This document shows, in pieces, positions 53,359 to 64,000 of a stretch of DNA of 64,000 bases. The notes beneath the pieces are model-generated. The model ran no database searches and was not told where the DNA came from. It saw nothing but the letters and a program-made list of their open reading frames with translations. Position 1 is the stretch's first letter. Each line of letters opens with the position of its first letter. The translations under genes and the position numbers were made by a program. The stretch covers positions 28,706,001 through 28,770,000 of the forward strand of contig NC_042998.1 of assembly GCF_006345805.1 (NCBI RefSeq). Direction: 5' to 3'. The DNA is from Octopus sinensis (taxonomy: Eukaryota).

Positions 53359-53463
53359 ACCTTATTACTAAAGCCATTTTGAGCAAGAGCAGAAACTGCT
53401 TCATGGGAGTTCATCCTGCAGAAAATAACAGCCAGTTGTCCTTGAAATCACATTTTTTTTTTT

Positions 53464-53683
53464 TATCCTTTTAGCATTTAAATTGGCCATATTAGGCCCA
53501 AATATTCAGCCTATTTTGGGTTCAAACCAACCAGATCTGGCCTCTTGCACCTACCATACAATGTAATTCTACAACTAAATAATCACATCAATAAAATCTC
53601 AAAGCTATGAGATAATGCATGATTAATTCTTTAAAAAATGTGAATAAATAAGCATTACATTTGACAGGAACCTAAAGGGTTAA
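53464..53683. mobile_element. piggyBac-like MITE, second family
   Basis: CCTTTTAG...CTAAAGGG-TTAA; related pieces at 42004-42160 (TTAACCCTTTAG) and 52370-52424. Confidence 0.6.
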
Positions 53684-56600
53684 AAAGACACATTGGATTT
53701 TGTGACACTAGATACATTGCATCCAGAAAAAAATGTTAAGTGGTGGGATGGTCATGGTAGGAATTCTCTTTAGTGGTTGTGTGGTAAGTAGTTTGCTTAC
53801 GAACCATGTGGTTCCAGGTTCAGTCCCACTGTGTGGCACCTTGGGCAAGTGTCTTCTGTTATAGCCTCGGGCCGACCAAATCCTTGTGAGTGGATTTGGT
53901 AGACGGAAACTGAAAGAAGCCTGTCGTATATATGTGTGTGTGTATATATATATTATATATATATATATGTGTGTGTGTGTGTTTGTCCCCCCAACATAGC
54001 TTGACAGCCAATGCTGGTGTGTTTATGTCCCCGTAACTTAGCAGTTCAGCCAAAGAGAATGATAGAATAAGTACTAAGCTTACAAAGAACAAGCTCTGGG
54101 GTTGATTTGCTCGACTAAAGGCGGTGCTTCAGCATGGCCACAGTCAAATGACTGAAACAAGTAAAAGAGTAATGATGCTGCTTCATCAGAACTGAGATGC
54201 TCAGCAACAGCAACAACAACAACAACAGTTCTTTCTTTTCAGAGAATCTACCATTATGTGATATGTTATAAAATTAAGATTAAAAAGAGAATTCAGTTGT
54301 AATAAAAACTGGGCACTTTTTGTTTATCTCACACATTGTATCCAGAAAAAAAATGTTAAACGGTGGGATGGTCATGGTAGGAATTCTTTTTGATCATAAT
54401 GTTGCTTTATCAGAGCTGAGATGCTCAACAGCAACAACAGCCACTCAAGAATTTGGACCTAGAGATCTCCATTTCCAGCGACTTCGAGGGTCACCCCCCA
54501 GTAGTGTCGGGCGTCAACGAAGAGCCCTCGACTACAACAAGACGACCAAAGTTTTTTTTTTTCCAAGGTCTGGGGTCTCCCACCCCTAAGACTTAGACCA
54601 TCACCTAATCACCCTTGCCCATCTTGTTGCTTAACAACAACAACAGCAACAACAACAGTTTTTCCTTTCTTTTCACAAAATCTCCTTATCTCTGGCCGAT
54701 TTACATTAATAGTTTCTACAATTATTCGCTGTTATAAAATTAAGATTAAAAAGAGCATTCCGTTGTCATAAAAACTGGGTACTTTTAGGTTTATCTCACC
54801 CCATTACAAAATTGCCATTAAAAAATTGAATTATCTCCCCACTAAAAAATTGAGTTTATGTGGCGACAAGAGATTGGATTGAAAGAGTTACATCCTTTTG
54901 ATTCAATACTTCAACATACTGTTGACGTTTGGCCTCCTCAATAGGAATGGTAGGATTTGTCATAAAAATGTTATCAGATTTAATAAGATGTTTAATTCTT
55001 TCAGTTTTGTATGATTTGTTATAAAGATCTTATCAGATTCAATATGTTTCATTGTTTCACTTTGGTTTTTTTTTTTTGTTTGATTGGGGACTGAATTCTT
55101 TTTTAAGATGAGGGAGATAACCAAAAGTACCGATATTTCTCATTAAAACTTGGGGGAGATAACCCAATCTTTTAGTGGGGATGAGATAACCTAAAAGTAC
55201 CAAAAATTGTTCCAGGAAAATGCAAATAGCTAGGTTTACAAAAGCCATCATATTTAAGCTATCATGGAAGGCACAGGAGTGACTGTGTGGTAAGTAGCTT
55301 GCTTATGAACCACATGGTTCTGGGTTCAGTCCCACTGCATGGCACCTTGAGCAAGTGTCTTCTACTATAGTGTTGGGCCGACCAAAGCCTTGTGAGTGGA
55401 TTTGGGTACAGATAAAGCAGTGAGGTTTCAGGTTCAGTCTAATGGCATGAAACCTTAGTCAAGTTACTCAGCCTTGTTACTTGGCTGGTGGTAACTGCAT
55501 GCAATCCTATTGTGTGTACATATATGTATATTATATTAAAAAAAAAAGTTTGACTCACATTTTAGCCCAACAACAGAAATTTGTTCCACAAAGATGATAC
55601 AAAGCAACCAAAATATTATATTGGCGTTCAACATCACATGTAGCATGATACCATCCATTATTAATGAAACCTATTTAAGATGCTCAATGCCTAACAGAAC
55701 AGGGTAGGGTTTGCTGTGAACCCCTTTTCTGGAAACTGTTTCATAACCTGCACATCTCATGCAGCACCTTTCAATTAAGTATATCCAATGTGCTGAGTCT
55801 CAAACTCATTGACAGCACTGACGATCAAATGTCTTCTCTGATGTTTTTTTTAATACCTGATTATCCCAAATGTTGATGTCAGTACTTTGTTTTGGGATTT
55901 GGTTTGCAAGATTCTTTATATGAGTTCGTGTGTTGAAGCATATTCTGTTGTGTCTGGGGAGAGTCATTTTCTTTTTGTGCCTTATAATGTAACACACTCA
56001 CCGATAAAATTTCCACTTATTATTCTTATTTTTATTTTCCTAAAATTTTTGTTGTGTCTTGCAACCTTTTCAATAGTCTTGACTCTGGTTTTTCTTTACT
56101 ATATCTGCCAGGCAATATTTATGTTTTCTTCCCCTGTGTGTGTGTGTGTGTATGTATGTATGCATCAGTAGTCTCTCTCTTTCCCCTGATCAACAAAATT
56201 CCAACCCACTTCATCTGGGACGGTGGAGTGACATTAATACTTCTGCTGTGGAGGATGGGTTTTCTTGACTACAACAAAGCACCAGATACCTCGGTCCTTT
56301 GTCATCTCTTCTGTAAGGTTCAGTGTCCTGAAATTGTCCTTCAGTATTTTGGCACATGTCTTCCTGGGTACCCTACTTCCATGAGTTCCATCCACTTTGT
56401 GTGATCAGAACCTCTTTATGAAGGCCGATGCTTTACAAACAAAGTCCATTGAGATATTTGCTCTACACCTAGTTACAAAGACTCCCATTATCAGAAACGC
56501 AGTGCCTTACAAATTATTTTGTTGGAAACCTGGAACCAGTGATGTTATTATTCGCATATTACGTCATAAAAAATAAAATATCTTCAGCTACACAAACCAT

Positions 56601-58418
56601 CAAAGGTGCTTCATTAAAAGATGCCAACATGCTTATTGGAAAGTCAAATTACTCTGTGTTTTGTTAATTTTGGGAACATATTTTTCAAGTTCTTAGACTA
56701 TAAGAAAATATGGCCAATAGAAATGAATGACATCTTCAGAATTGGCATATACAGCATAGGTTGTGTAAATATACAGTTGGTGTGATGCCAGAATTTACTT
56801 CTGTAGCATTGCCAAATGATGCTGTAAAGCAATGCAATCCATAAGGCAAAGAATAAAACAAGAAAATTACACTTCCATTAAGCTGATCTTTTTTTTTTTT
56901 TTACAATTTAGCTGTAGATTTTACAATTAGTTGTGGTACAACCATTTAGACTTAGTTTTATAATTTCGTGAAGTGTTTTAATATTGAGTGGCTGTGTGGT
57001 AAGTAGCTTGCTTACCAGCCACATGGTTCCGGGTTCATTTCCACTGTGTGGCACCTTGGGCATGTGTCTCCTACTATAACCTCGGGCCAACCAAAGCCTT
57101 GTGAGTGGATTTGGTAGACAGAAACTGAAAGAGGCCTGTCATATATATGTATATATATATATATATTAGAAGAAATGAGGTACTCAGAAATTCGAATGGT
57201 ATTATATTTAGAGATATTTATTTGTGTATTACATGCTTTTATACATCATATATCATATATTAGCACTTTCGTCTGTTCTTGTGAAGTTTTCAAATTGAAC
57301 TAAGTTCTTGGGGAAAATTTGACTATTTTTATAGTGTTTATTGAGTGTGTAGTGGTGGGGAGGTATATAAGATAGTACAAGAGGGCGATGAATGGGGAGA
57401 AAGTGAGAGAGAGCGTGTGTGTGTGTGTGTGTGCGTGTGTGTATATATATATGTGTGTGTGTGTGTGTGTTTATGTTTGTGTGTCTGTGTTTGTCCCCCC
57501 AACATCGCTTGACAACCGATGGTGGTGTGTTTACGTCCCCCGTAACTTACAGGTTTGACAAAAGAGACCGATAGAATAAGTACTAGGTTTACAAAGAATA
57601 AGTCCTGGGGTCGATTCGCTCAACTAAAGGCAGTGCTCCAGCATGGCTGCAGTCAAATGACTGAAACAAATAAGACAGATAAAAGAGATGTTCTTTACCA
57701 TTTAGCTCTAATTTTTGCCTCCATCATCATCATCATCATCGTTTAACGTCCGTTTTCCGCGCTAGCACGGGTTGGACTGGGGTCTGGGAAGCCAGGAGGC
57801 TGCACCAGGCTCCAGTCTGATCTGGCAGTGTTTCTACAGGTGGATGCCCTTCCTAACGCCAACCACTCTGTGAGTATCATGGGTGCTTTTTACGTGCCAC
57901 CGGCACAGGTGCTAGGGGAGTCTGGCAGTTGTCACGATCGGTTGGTGCTTTTTGCGTGCCACCGGTATGGAAGCCAGTCAAGGCAGCACTGGCATTGGCC
58001 ACGTTCGGATGGTCCTTTTTACGTGCCACCGGCACAGAAGCCACTAGACTTTATTGTTTAGCTGTACCTTTCACCATTTGAGTTCATTTTACCATTTAGC
58101 ATTATGGCATTTAACAGTCCTTTTTACAGTTTAGCTCTGTCTTTACCATTTTCCTGTGCTGTTACCATTTTGCTCTTCTCCTATTGTTCAGATATCATCT
58201 GTATCAGCCAGATGGTTTGCATCCAAAGTATTACTGTCTTTCTGTTTTTCAAAAGACTAAGAACAGGTGTGGCTGTGTGGTAAGGAGTTTGCTTCCCAAC
58301 CACATGGTCTCAGGTTCAGACCCACTATATGGCATCTGGGGCAAGCGTCTTCTAATATAATTTTGGGCCAATCAAAGCCCTATAGCTGGATTTGTTAGAC
58401 TGAAGCTGAAAGAAACCC

Positions 58419-58451
<33 letters not shown>

Positions 58452-58859
58452 ACGTGCAGGTGTGTGCATGCATGTGTGTGAGTGTGAGTGTGTGTGTGTG
58501 TGCGAGTGCATGTGTGTGCATGTGTGTGTTCTTGCATATGTTTGTGTCTGCGTTTGGTCCACACCACTTCTTGACAACCAGTATTAGTATGTTTGCCTCC
58601 GCATGACTTAGCTGTTTAGCAAAAGGGATCGACAAAATAAGCACCAGGCTTACAAAAACAAAAAAAAAACAAAAAGCTGGGGTCAATTTGATTGATTAAA
58701 ATTTCTTCAAGCCAGTGCCCCAGCATGGCCACAGTCTAAAGGCTGAAACAAGTAAAAGATAAATGATTAATGATTTGTGATTGATGATGTGTAGTACTTA
58801 ACAGAAATCCCGTCACTGGCAAAATTAATAAGCGTATGCTGCAAAAGCAGGTGCATAGA

Positions 58860-60500
58860 GTTTGTGGGTGATTGCATGTTTGTGTGTGTGAGTGCATGTG
58901 TGGGTGATTGCATGTGTGTGTGTGTGAGTGCATGTGTGTGTGAGTGCATGTGTGTGTGAGTGCATGTGTGTGTGAGTGCATGTGTGTGTGAGTGCATGTG
59001 TGTGTGAGTGCATGTGTGTGTGAGTGCATGTGTGTGTGAGTGCATGTGTGTGTGAGTGCATGTGTGTGTGAGTGCATGTGTGTGTGATTGCATGTGTGTG
59101 TGAGTGCATGTTTGTGTGTGTGAGTGCATGTGTGTGTGATTGTATGTGTGTGTGAGTGCATGTTTGCGTGTGTGAGTGCATGTGTGTGTGATTGTATGTG
59201 TGTGTGAGTGCATGTTTGCGTGTGTGAGTGCATGTGTGTGTGATTGTATGTGTGGGTGATTGCATGTGTGTGTGAGTGCATGTTTGCGTGTGTGAGTGCA
59301 TGTGTGTGTGATTGCATGTGTGTGTGAGTGCATGCGTGTATGAGTGCATGTGTGTGTGAATGCATGTGTGTGTGAATGCATGTGTGTGTGAGTGCATGTG
59401 TGTGTGAATGCATGTGTGTGTGAGTGCATGTTTGTGTGTGTGAGTGCATGTGTGTGTGATTGTATGTGTGTGTGAGTGCATGCGTGTATGAGTGCATGTG
59501 TGTGTGAATGCATGTGTGTGTGTGTGAGTGCATGTGTGTGTGAATGCATGTGTGTGTGAGTGCATGTTTGCGTGTGTGAGTGCATGTGTGTGTGAATGCA
59601 TGTGTGTGTGAATGCATGTGTGTGTGAGTGCATGTTTGCATGTGTGAGTGCATGCGTGTATGAGTGCATGTGTGTGTGAGTGCATGTTTGTGTGTGTGAG
59701 TGCATGTGTGTGTGAATGCATGTGTGTGTGTGTGAGTGCATGTGTGTGTGAATGCATGTGTGTGTGAGTGCATGTGTGTGTGAATGCATGTGTGTGTGAG
59801 TGCATGTTTGCGTGTGTGAGTGCATGCGTGTATGAGTGCATGTGTGTGTGAATGCATGTGTGTGTGTGTGAGTGCATGTGTGTGTGAATGCATGTGTGTG
59901 TGAGTGCATGTTTGCGTGTGTGAGTGCATGTGTGTGTGATTGTATGTGTGTGTGAGTGCATGTTTGTGTGTGTGAGTGCATGCGTGTATGAGTGCATGTG
60001 TGTGTGAGTGCATGTTTGTGTGTGTGAGTGCATGTGTGTGTGAATGCATGTGTGTGTGTGTGTGAGTGCATGTGTGTGTGAATGCATGTGTGTGTGAGTG
60101 CATGTTTGCGTGTGTGAGTGCATGCGTGTATGAGTGCATGTGTGTGTGAGTGCATGTTTGTGTGTGTGAGTGCATGTGTGTGTGAATGCATGTGTGTGTG
60201 TGTGAGTGCATGTGTGTGTGAATGCATGTGTGTGTGAGTGCATGTTTGTGTGTGTGAGTGCATGTGTGTGTGATTGTATGTGTGTGTGAGTGCATGCGTG
60301 TATGAGTGCATGTGTGTGTGAATGCATGTGTGTGTGTGTGAGTATGTGTGTGATTGCATGTGTGTGTGAGTGCGAGTGTGTGTGTGTGCATGTGTGTGTG
60401 AGTGTGTGTGTGTGTGTGTGTGTGAGTGCGTGTGTGTATGTATGAGTGTGTGTGTGTGTGTGAGTGCATGTGAGCGTGTGTGTATGCATGTGAGTGAGTG
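58860..60500. repeat. 16 bp-unit minisatellite (GAGTGCATGTGTGTGT)n with variants
   Basis: ~1.6 kb array; variants GAATGCAT, GATTGTAT, TTTGCG and GCGTGTAT recur in higher-order blocks. Confidence 0.95.
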
Positions 60501-61707
60501 CGTGCATTTGTTCAAATATTAGATTAGAAATTCCTTACCTGTGCAATAAAGCCTTAATATTGATGCTCATTCTCTGTCAGATAACGGACCAGAGGAGTGA
60601 TGACGATGAAATCATGATTCAAGTACATCCCTCACCTTCATCATTATCATCATCATCATTTAGCGTTCATTGTCCATGCTGTCATGGTTTGGATGGTTTA
60701 ACTGGGCCTGGCAAACTGGAAGGCTGCACCAGACTCCAGTTGTCTGATTTGGCATGGTTTTCTACAGCTGGATGCCCTTCATAACGCCAACCACTCTGTG
60801 GGTGTAATGAGTGCTTTTATGTGCTACTGGCACGGGTGGTGGCATTTGTGTGACACTGGGGTGCTTTTAATTGCCACTAACACAGGTGCCACTTTGCATA
60901 ACACCGGTATCTGTCACGACAAGGTGGCGAGCTGGCACAATCGTTGGCACGCCGGGCAAAATGCTTAGCGGTATTTCGCTTGCCGTTACGTTCTGAGTTC
61001 AAATTCCGCCGAGGTCGACTTTGCTTTTCATCCTTTCGGGGTCGATAAATTAAGTACCAGTTATGCACTGGGGTCGATATAATCGACTTAATACCTATGT
61101 CTGTCCATGTTTGTCCCCTCTATGTTTAGCCCCTTGTGGGTAATAAAGAAATAGGTATTTCGTCTGCCGTTACATTCTGAGTTTAAATTCTGCCGAGGTC
61201 GACTTTGCCTTTCTTCCTTTCGGGGTCGATAAATTAAGTACCAGTTACTCACTGGGGTTGATATAATCGACTTAATCCGTTTGTCTGTCCTTGTTTGTCC
61301 TCTCTGTGTTTAGCCCCTTGTGGGTAGTAAAGAAATAGGTATGTTGCTAAATTGGCTATGTTGCTTCATGAATAGAAGACCACACAGCAGGTGAGTTGAG
61401 CAAGGTGATAAGCAGCACTTCCTCAAGGAAAATCCAATGTGCTACTGAAATATCCATGGATGACTCAATGTGCAGACCCCCATCAACCACCACCACAACC
61501 ACCACCACCATCATCACCATTGTTCTTCTCAAGCATGACATAATGCCAAAGGTCTTGGTTGTTTTGCCTCAACAAAAATAAATGAAAGAGACCACCTGAC
61601 TGATTAGCATGAAGTTCCTCACCAAAGTATTCCATCTTCTAATCTAAAGATGTTCTGTCTGTGGAAGAGATATTCCACAGATAGAAACATCTGTGAACTT
61701 GAAAATA

Positions 61708-62208
61708 GAAATAATATATTTCTAAATCTCTCAGAGAGATTTATGCAGTAACAGCATGATAAAGTGATAGCATGTTGTCAACTTAATGTGACAGTCCCCT
61801 GAAAGGGAAGAATGCTACTGTAATTTAGCCCTAGGAAACACCGTTCCCTGTTGGACTTGACACATTTCCTGTGTTCTTATGTTTTCAAAGTGGAGACAAG
61901 CACCTCCACCCAGCAAAACCAGTATCCAGAGACTAGTTTCAGAGTCCTTGCTCATCATCAGTCTGGAGTAGCATGGCTTGCTAGCTGCCAACACCTATCC
62001 ACCCTTGAAAAGATATGTGATGAGCAGTGACTCTGAAACTAGTCTCTGGATGCTGGATTTGCTGGCTGGAGGTGCTTGTCTCCACTTTGAAAACATAAGG
62101 ATACAGGATATGTGTCAACTCCAACAGGAAACGGTGTTTCCTAGGGCTAAATAACAGTAGCATTCTTCCCTTTCATGGGACTGTCACATTAAGTTGACAA
62201 CATGCTAT
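61708..62208. mobile_element. Fold-back HHR element with ~20 bp TSD
   Basis: Arms ~61765-61957 and 62017-62210; CATCTGTGAACTTG(A/C)AAATA at 61688 and 62209. Confidence 0.85.
61925..61967 (-). ncRNA. Type I hammerhead ribozyme motif, canonical core
   Basis: TCCAGA-CTGATGA-tGAGcaaggaCTCt-GAAA-CTAG-TC-TCTGGA; perfect 6 bp stem I, palindromic stem III, GUC triplet. Confidence 0.85.
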
Positions 62209-62440
62209 CATCTGTGAACTTGCAAATACCTTGTCTATTGCTACCACAGAGGCTCCTGATTCTCAGTACTAATTAGGCCCCACTTGTGCCCATCTAGTTC
62301 ACTCATCTAATCCTTCCATTATCACCCATATTATGCCCAGTGCTAATTCTTGCAGACTTCTGAATAGCTGCTTTGCTCAGAACTTTTCCCAGAGAACGTT
62401 AACTCTCTGCGGATGCTAACATTTCTACCAGCTCGCTGCC

Positions 62441-62850
62441 TTTATTTATTTAGTTAGTTAGTTAGTTAATTTTTTTGGCTCAAAAACCAAAAAGCAAGGC
62501 TATGTAGGGGGACATGGAGTTATGTACAGGGTGGTGTTCATGCAAAGAGTTCAGGCCATTTGTGGTCAAGGGAGATTTTGAACCGAGCGATCGTCGGTAT
62601 CTTCACTATCTCGTCCGGCAACTTATTCCACGGATCCGCAACCCGGACGGAAAAAGCCCCTCTCCTTCAATTGAGATGAAATCGTCGCAGATAGAGCTTT
62701 TCGGAGTGACCCTGCAGCCGATGCTCAGGAGCAGGAGTGAAGAACAGCTCTTTATCGAGGTTACACTTTCCGCTTATGATGTTGTGAGCAAGAATGAGAT
62801 CACCACAGCGGTGGCGTTTTTCTAGAGAATAAAGGTCAAGCGTCTTCATA
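62441..62850 (-). mobile_element. CR1-group LINE 3' end with (TAAC)n/(TAAA)n tail
   Basis: LYSLEKRHRCGDLILAHNII...RLQGHSEKL...FSVRVADPWNKLPDEIV...FKISLD. Confidence 0.85.
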
Positions 62851-63588
62851 AAACATTGAGTCACCAAAGACTCGATGAGGTGCTAAGAGAAGGTCAGACT
62901 CGTTGCAGCCAAAACTTTCTGATCTATTGATTTACATTAGAATTTGCAAGTTGGAATTAGTTGCATGAATTCTTTTAGCCAAGAAACAAATACTGTGAGC
63001 TTATCATTACACTATTTCAATTTGTATTTTATTACTGGCAAATGTAAGACATAAAACAGAAAAAGAAACCATTTAATAAGAAAAATGTGTTTTTTCTCTC
63101 TGTTTTTCAGAAGATTAACTGCATTATTTGATATATTTTTTACGGTTATTCTTTTTGCTTTAGTTAAAAGTTATAATGGTTATCATATTATTTACTGACA
63201 ATTTCACGGCTGTTTTATATATTTTCCATTACTGCAGACTTGTAAATTCTTGGTTTAGATAATTTCAATATCACCACTAAAGCACTCAAAGAATTCAAAC
63301 CATGCCATAGTCAATTTTGACTTTCATGCTTATCGTGTCTAAGTACCAGTCATTTACTGGGTAAATTCTTTGCTCCTTCCTGGTTTGTCTTTTATTCTCT
63401 GATCTCTCTTCCTCCTCCTCCTCTGTTTCTTTCTCTGCATGCCTGTTTTCCTCTATTTTTCTTCAATTAGTTATGTTGCATCATGAAAAGAAGCCCTCAC
63501 AACAAGTGGGTTGAGCAAGATGACAAGCAACCCTTCCTGAAGGAAAATCCGATGTGCTACTGAAATATCCAAGGATGGTTCAATGTAC

Positions 63589-63622
<34 letters not shown>

Positions 63623-64000
63623 TCACTATCATCACCATCATCACTATCATCAACTCCAGTCATCTGTTTTAGCATGGTTTCTACAACTGGATGCCCTTCT
63701 TAACACCAACCACTTTGCAGAGTGTACTGGGTGCTTTTTACATGCTGCCAACATGGGTACATGTGGTGCCAGTACAGGGACTTTATACATGGCACCAGCA
63801 TGGGTTCCTTCTTTGTGGTGACAGCATGGGTGCTTTTTAAGTAACACCAGCATAGATGTCTTTTACACAGCACCAGCACTTGTAGGGTTTACCAAGCAGA
63901 ACAAAAATTAAGAGTACAGTAATTAAAAATGCAATAACCTCACAGTCTGTAATATTTGTTGTTATTGTTGCATGGCCCTTAGGGGCAGATCTGATTCAGC

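Noticed and set aside
55860-57400. HHR-like remnants near 56040-56085 and 57260-57300 (minus strand)
   Set aside because: CUGANGA core and stem I are not recoverable
58736-60515. 560-582 aa His/Thr-rich ORFs
   Set aside because: All three frames are open because the minisatellite lacks stop codons

Overview
AT-rich, repeat-dense eukaryotic DNA, most likely from an octopus or other cephalopod (inferred from the SINE types). I could not support any host protein-coding exon; the long ORFs come from microsatellites or repeats. The window holds three tRNA-headed SINE families, many RTE-LINE 3' ends, CR1-like and RLE-type LINE remnants, one near-intact mariner with TIRs and TA TSD, decayed mariners, Helitron, piggyBac and hAT miniature elements, and satellites. 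The strongest signal is a set of type I hammerhead ribozyme (HHR) motifs, read by eye, in about 9 unrelated small-element families. These include a 1.86 kb near-perfect fold-back of a Penelope-like GIY-YIG 3' end, several fold-back mini-elements in (TA)n tracts, a tRNA-headed HHR-bearing SINE-like family at 6 loci, and a ~345 bp tandem retrozyme-like array. CpG retention drops sharply near 13.2 kb. All alignments and folds were done by hand, so boundaries are approximate.
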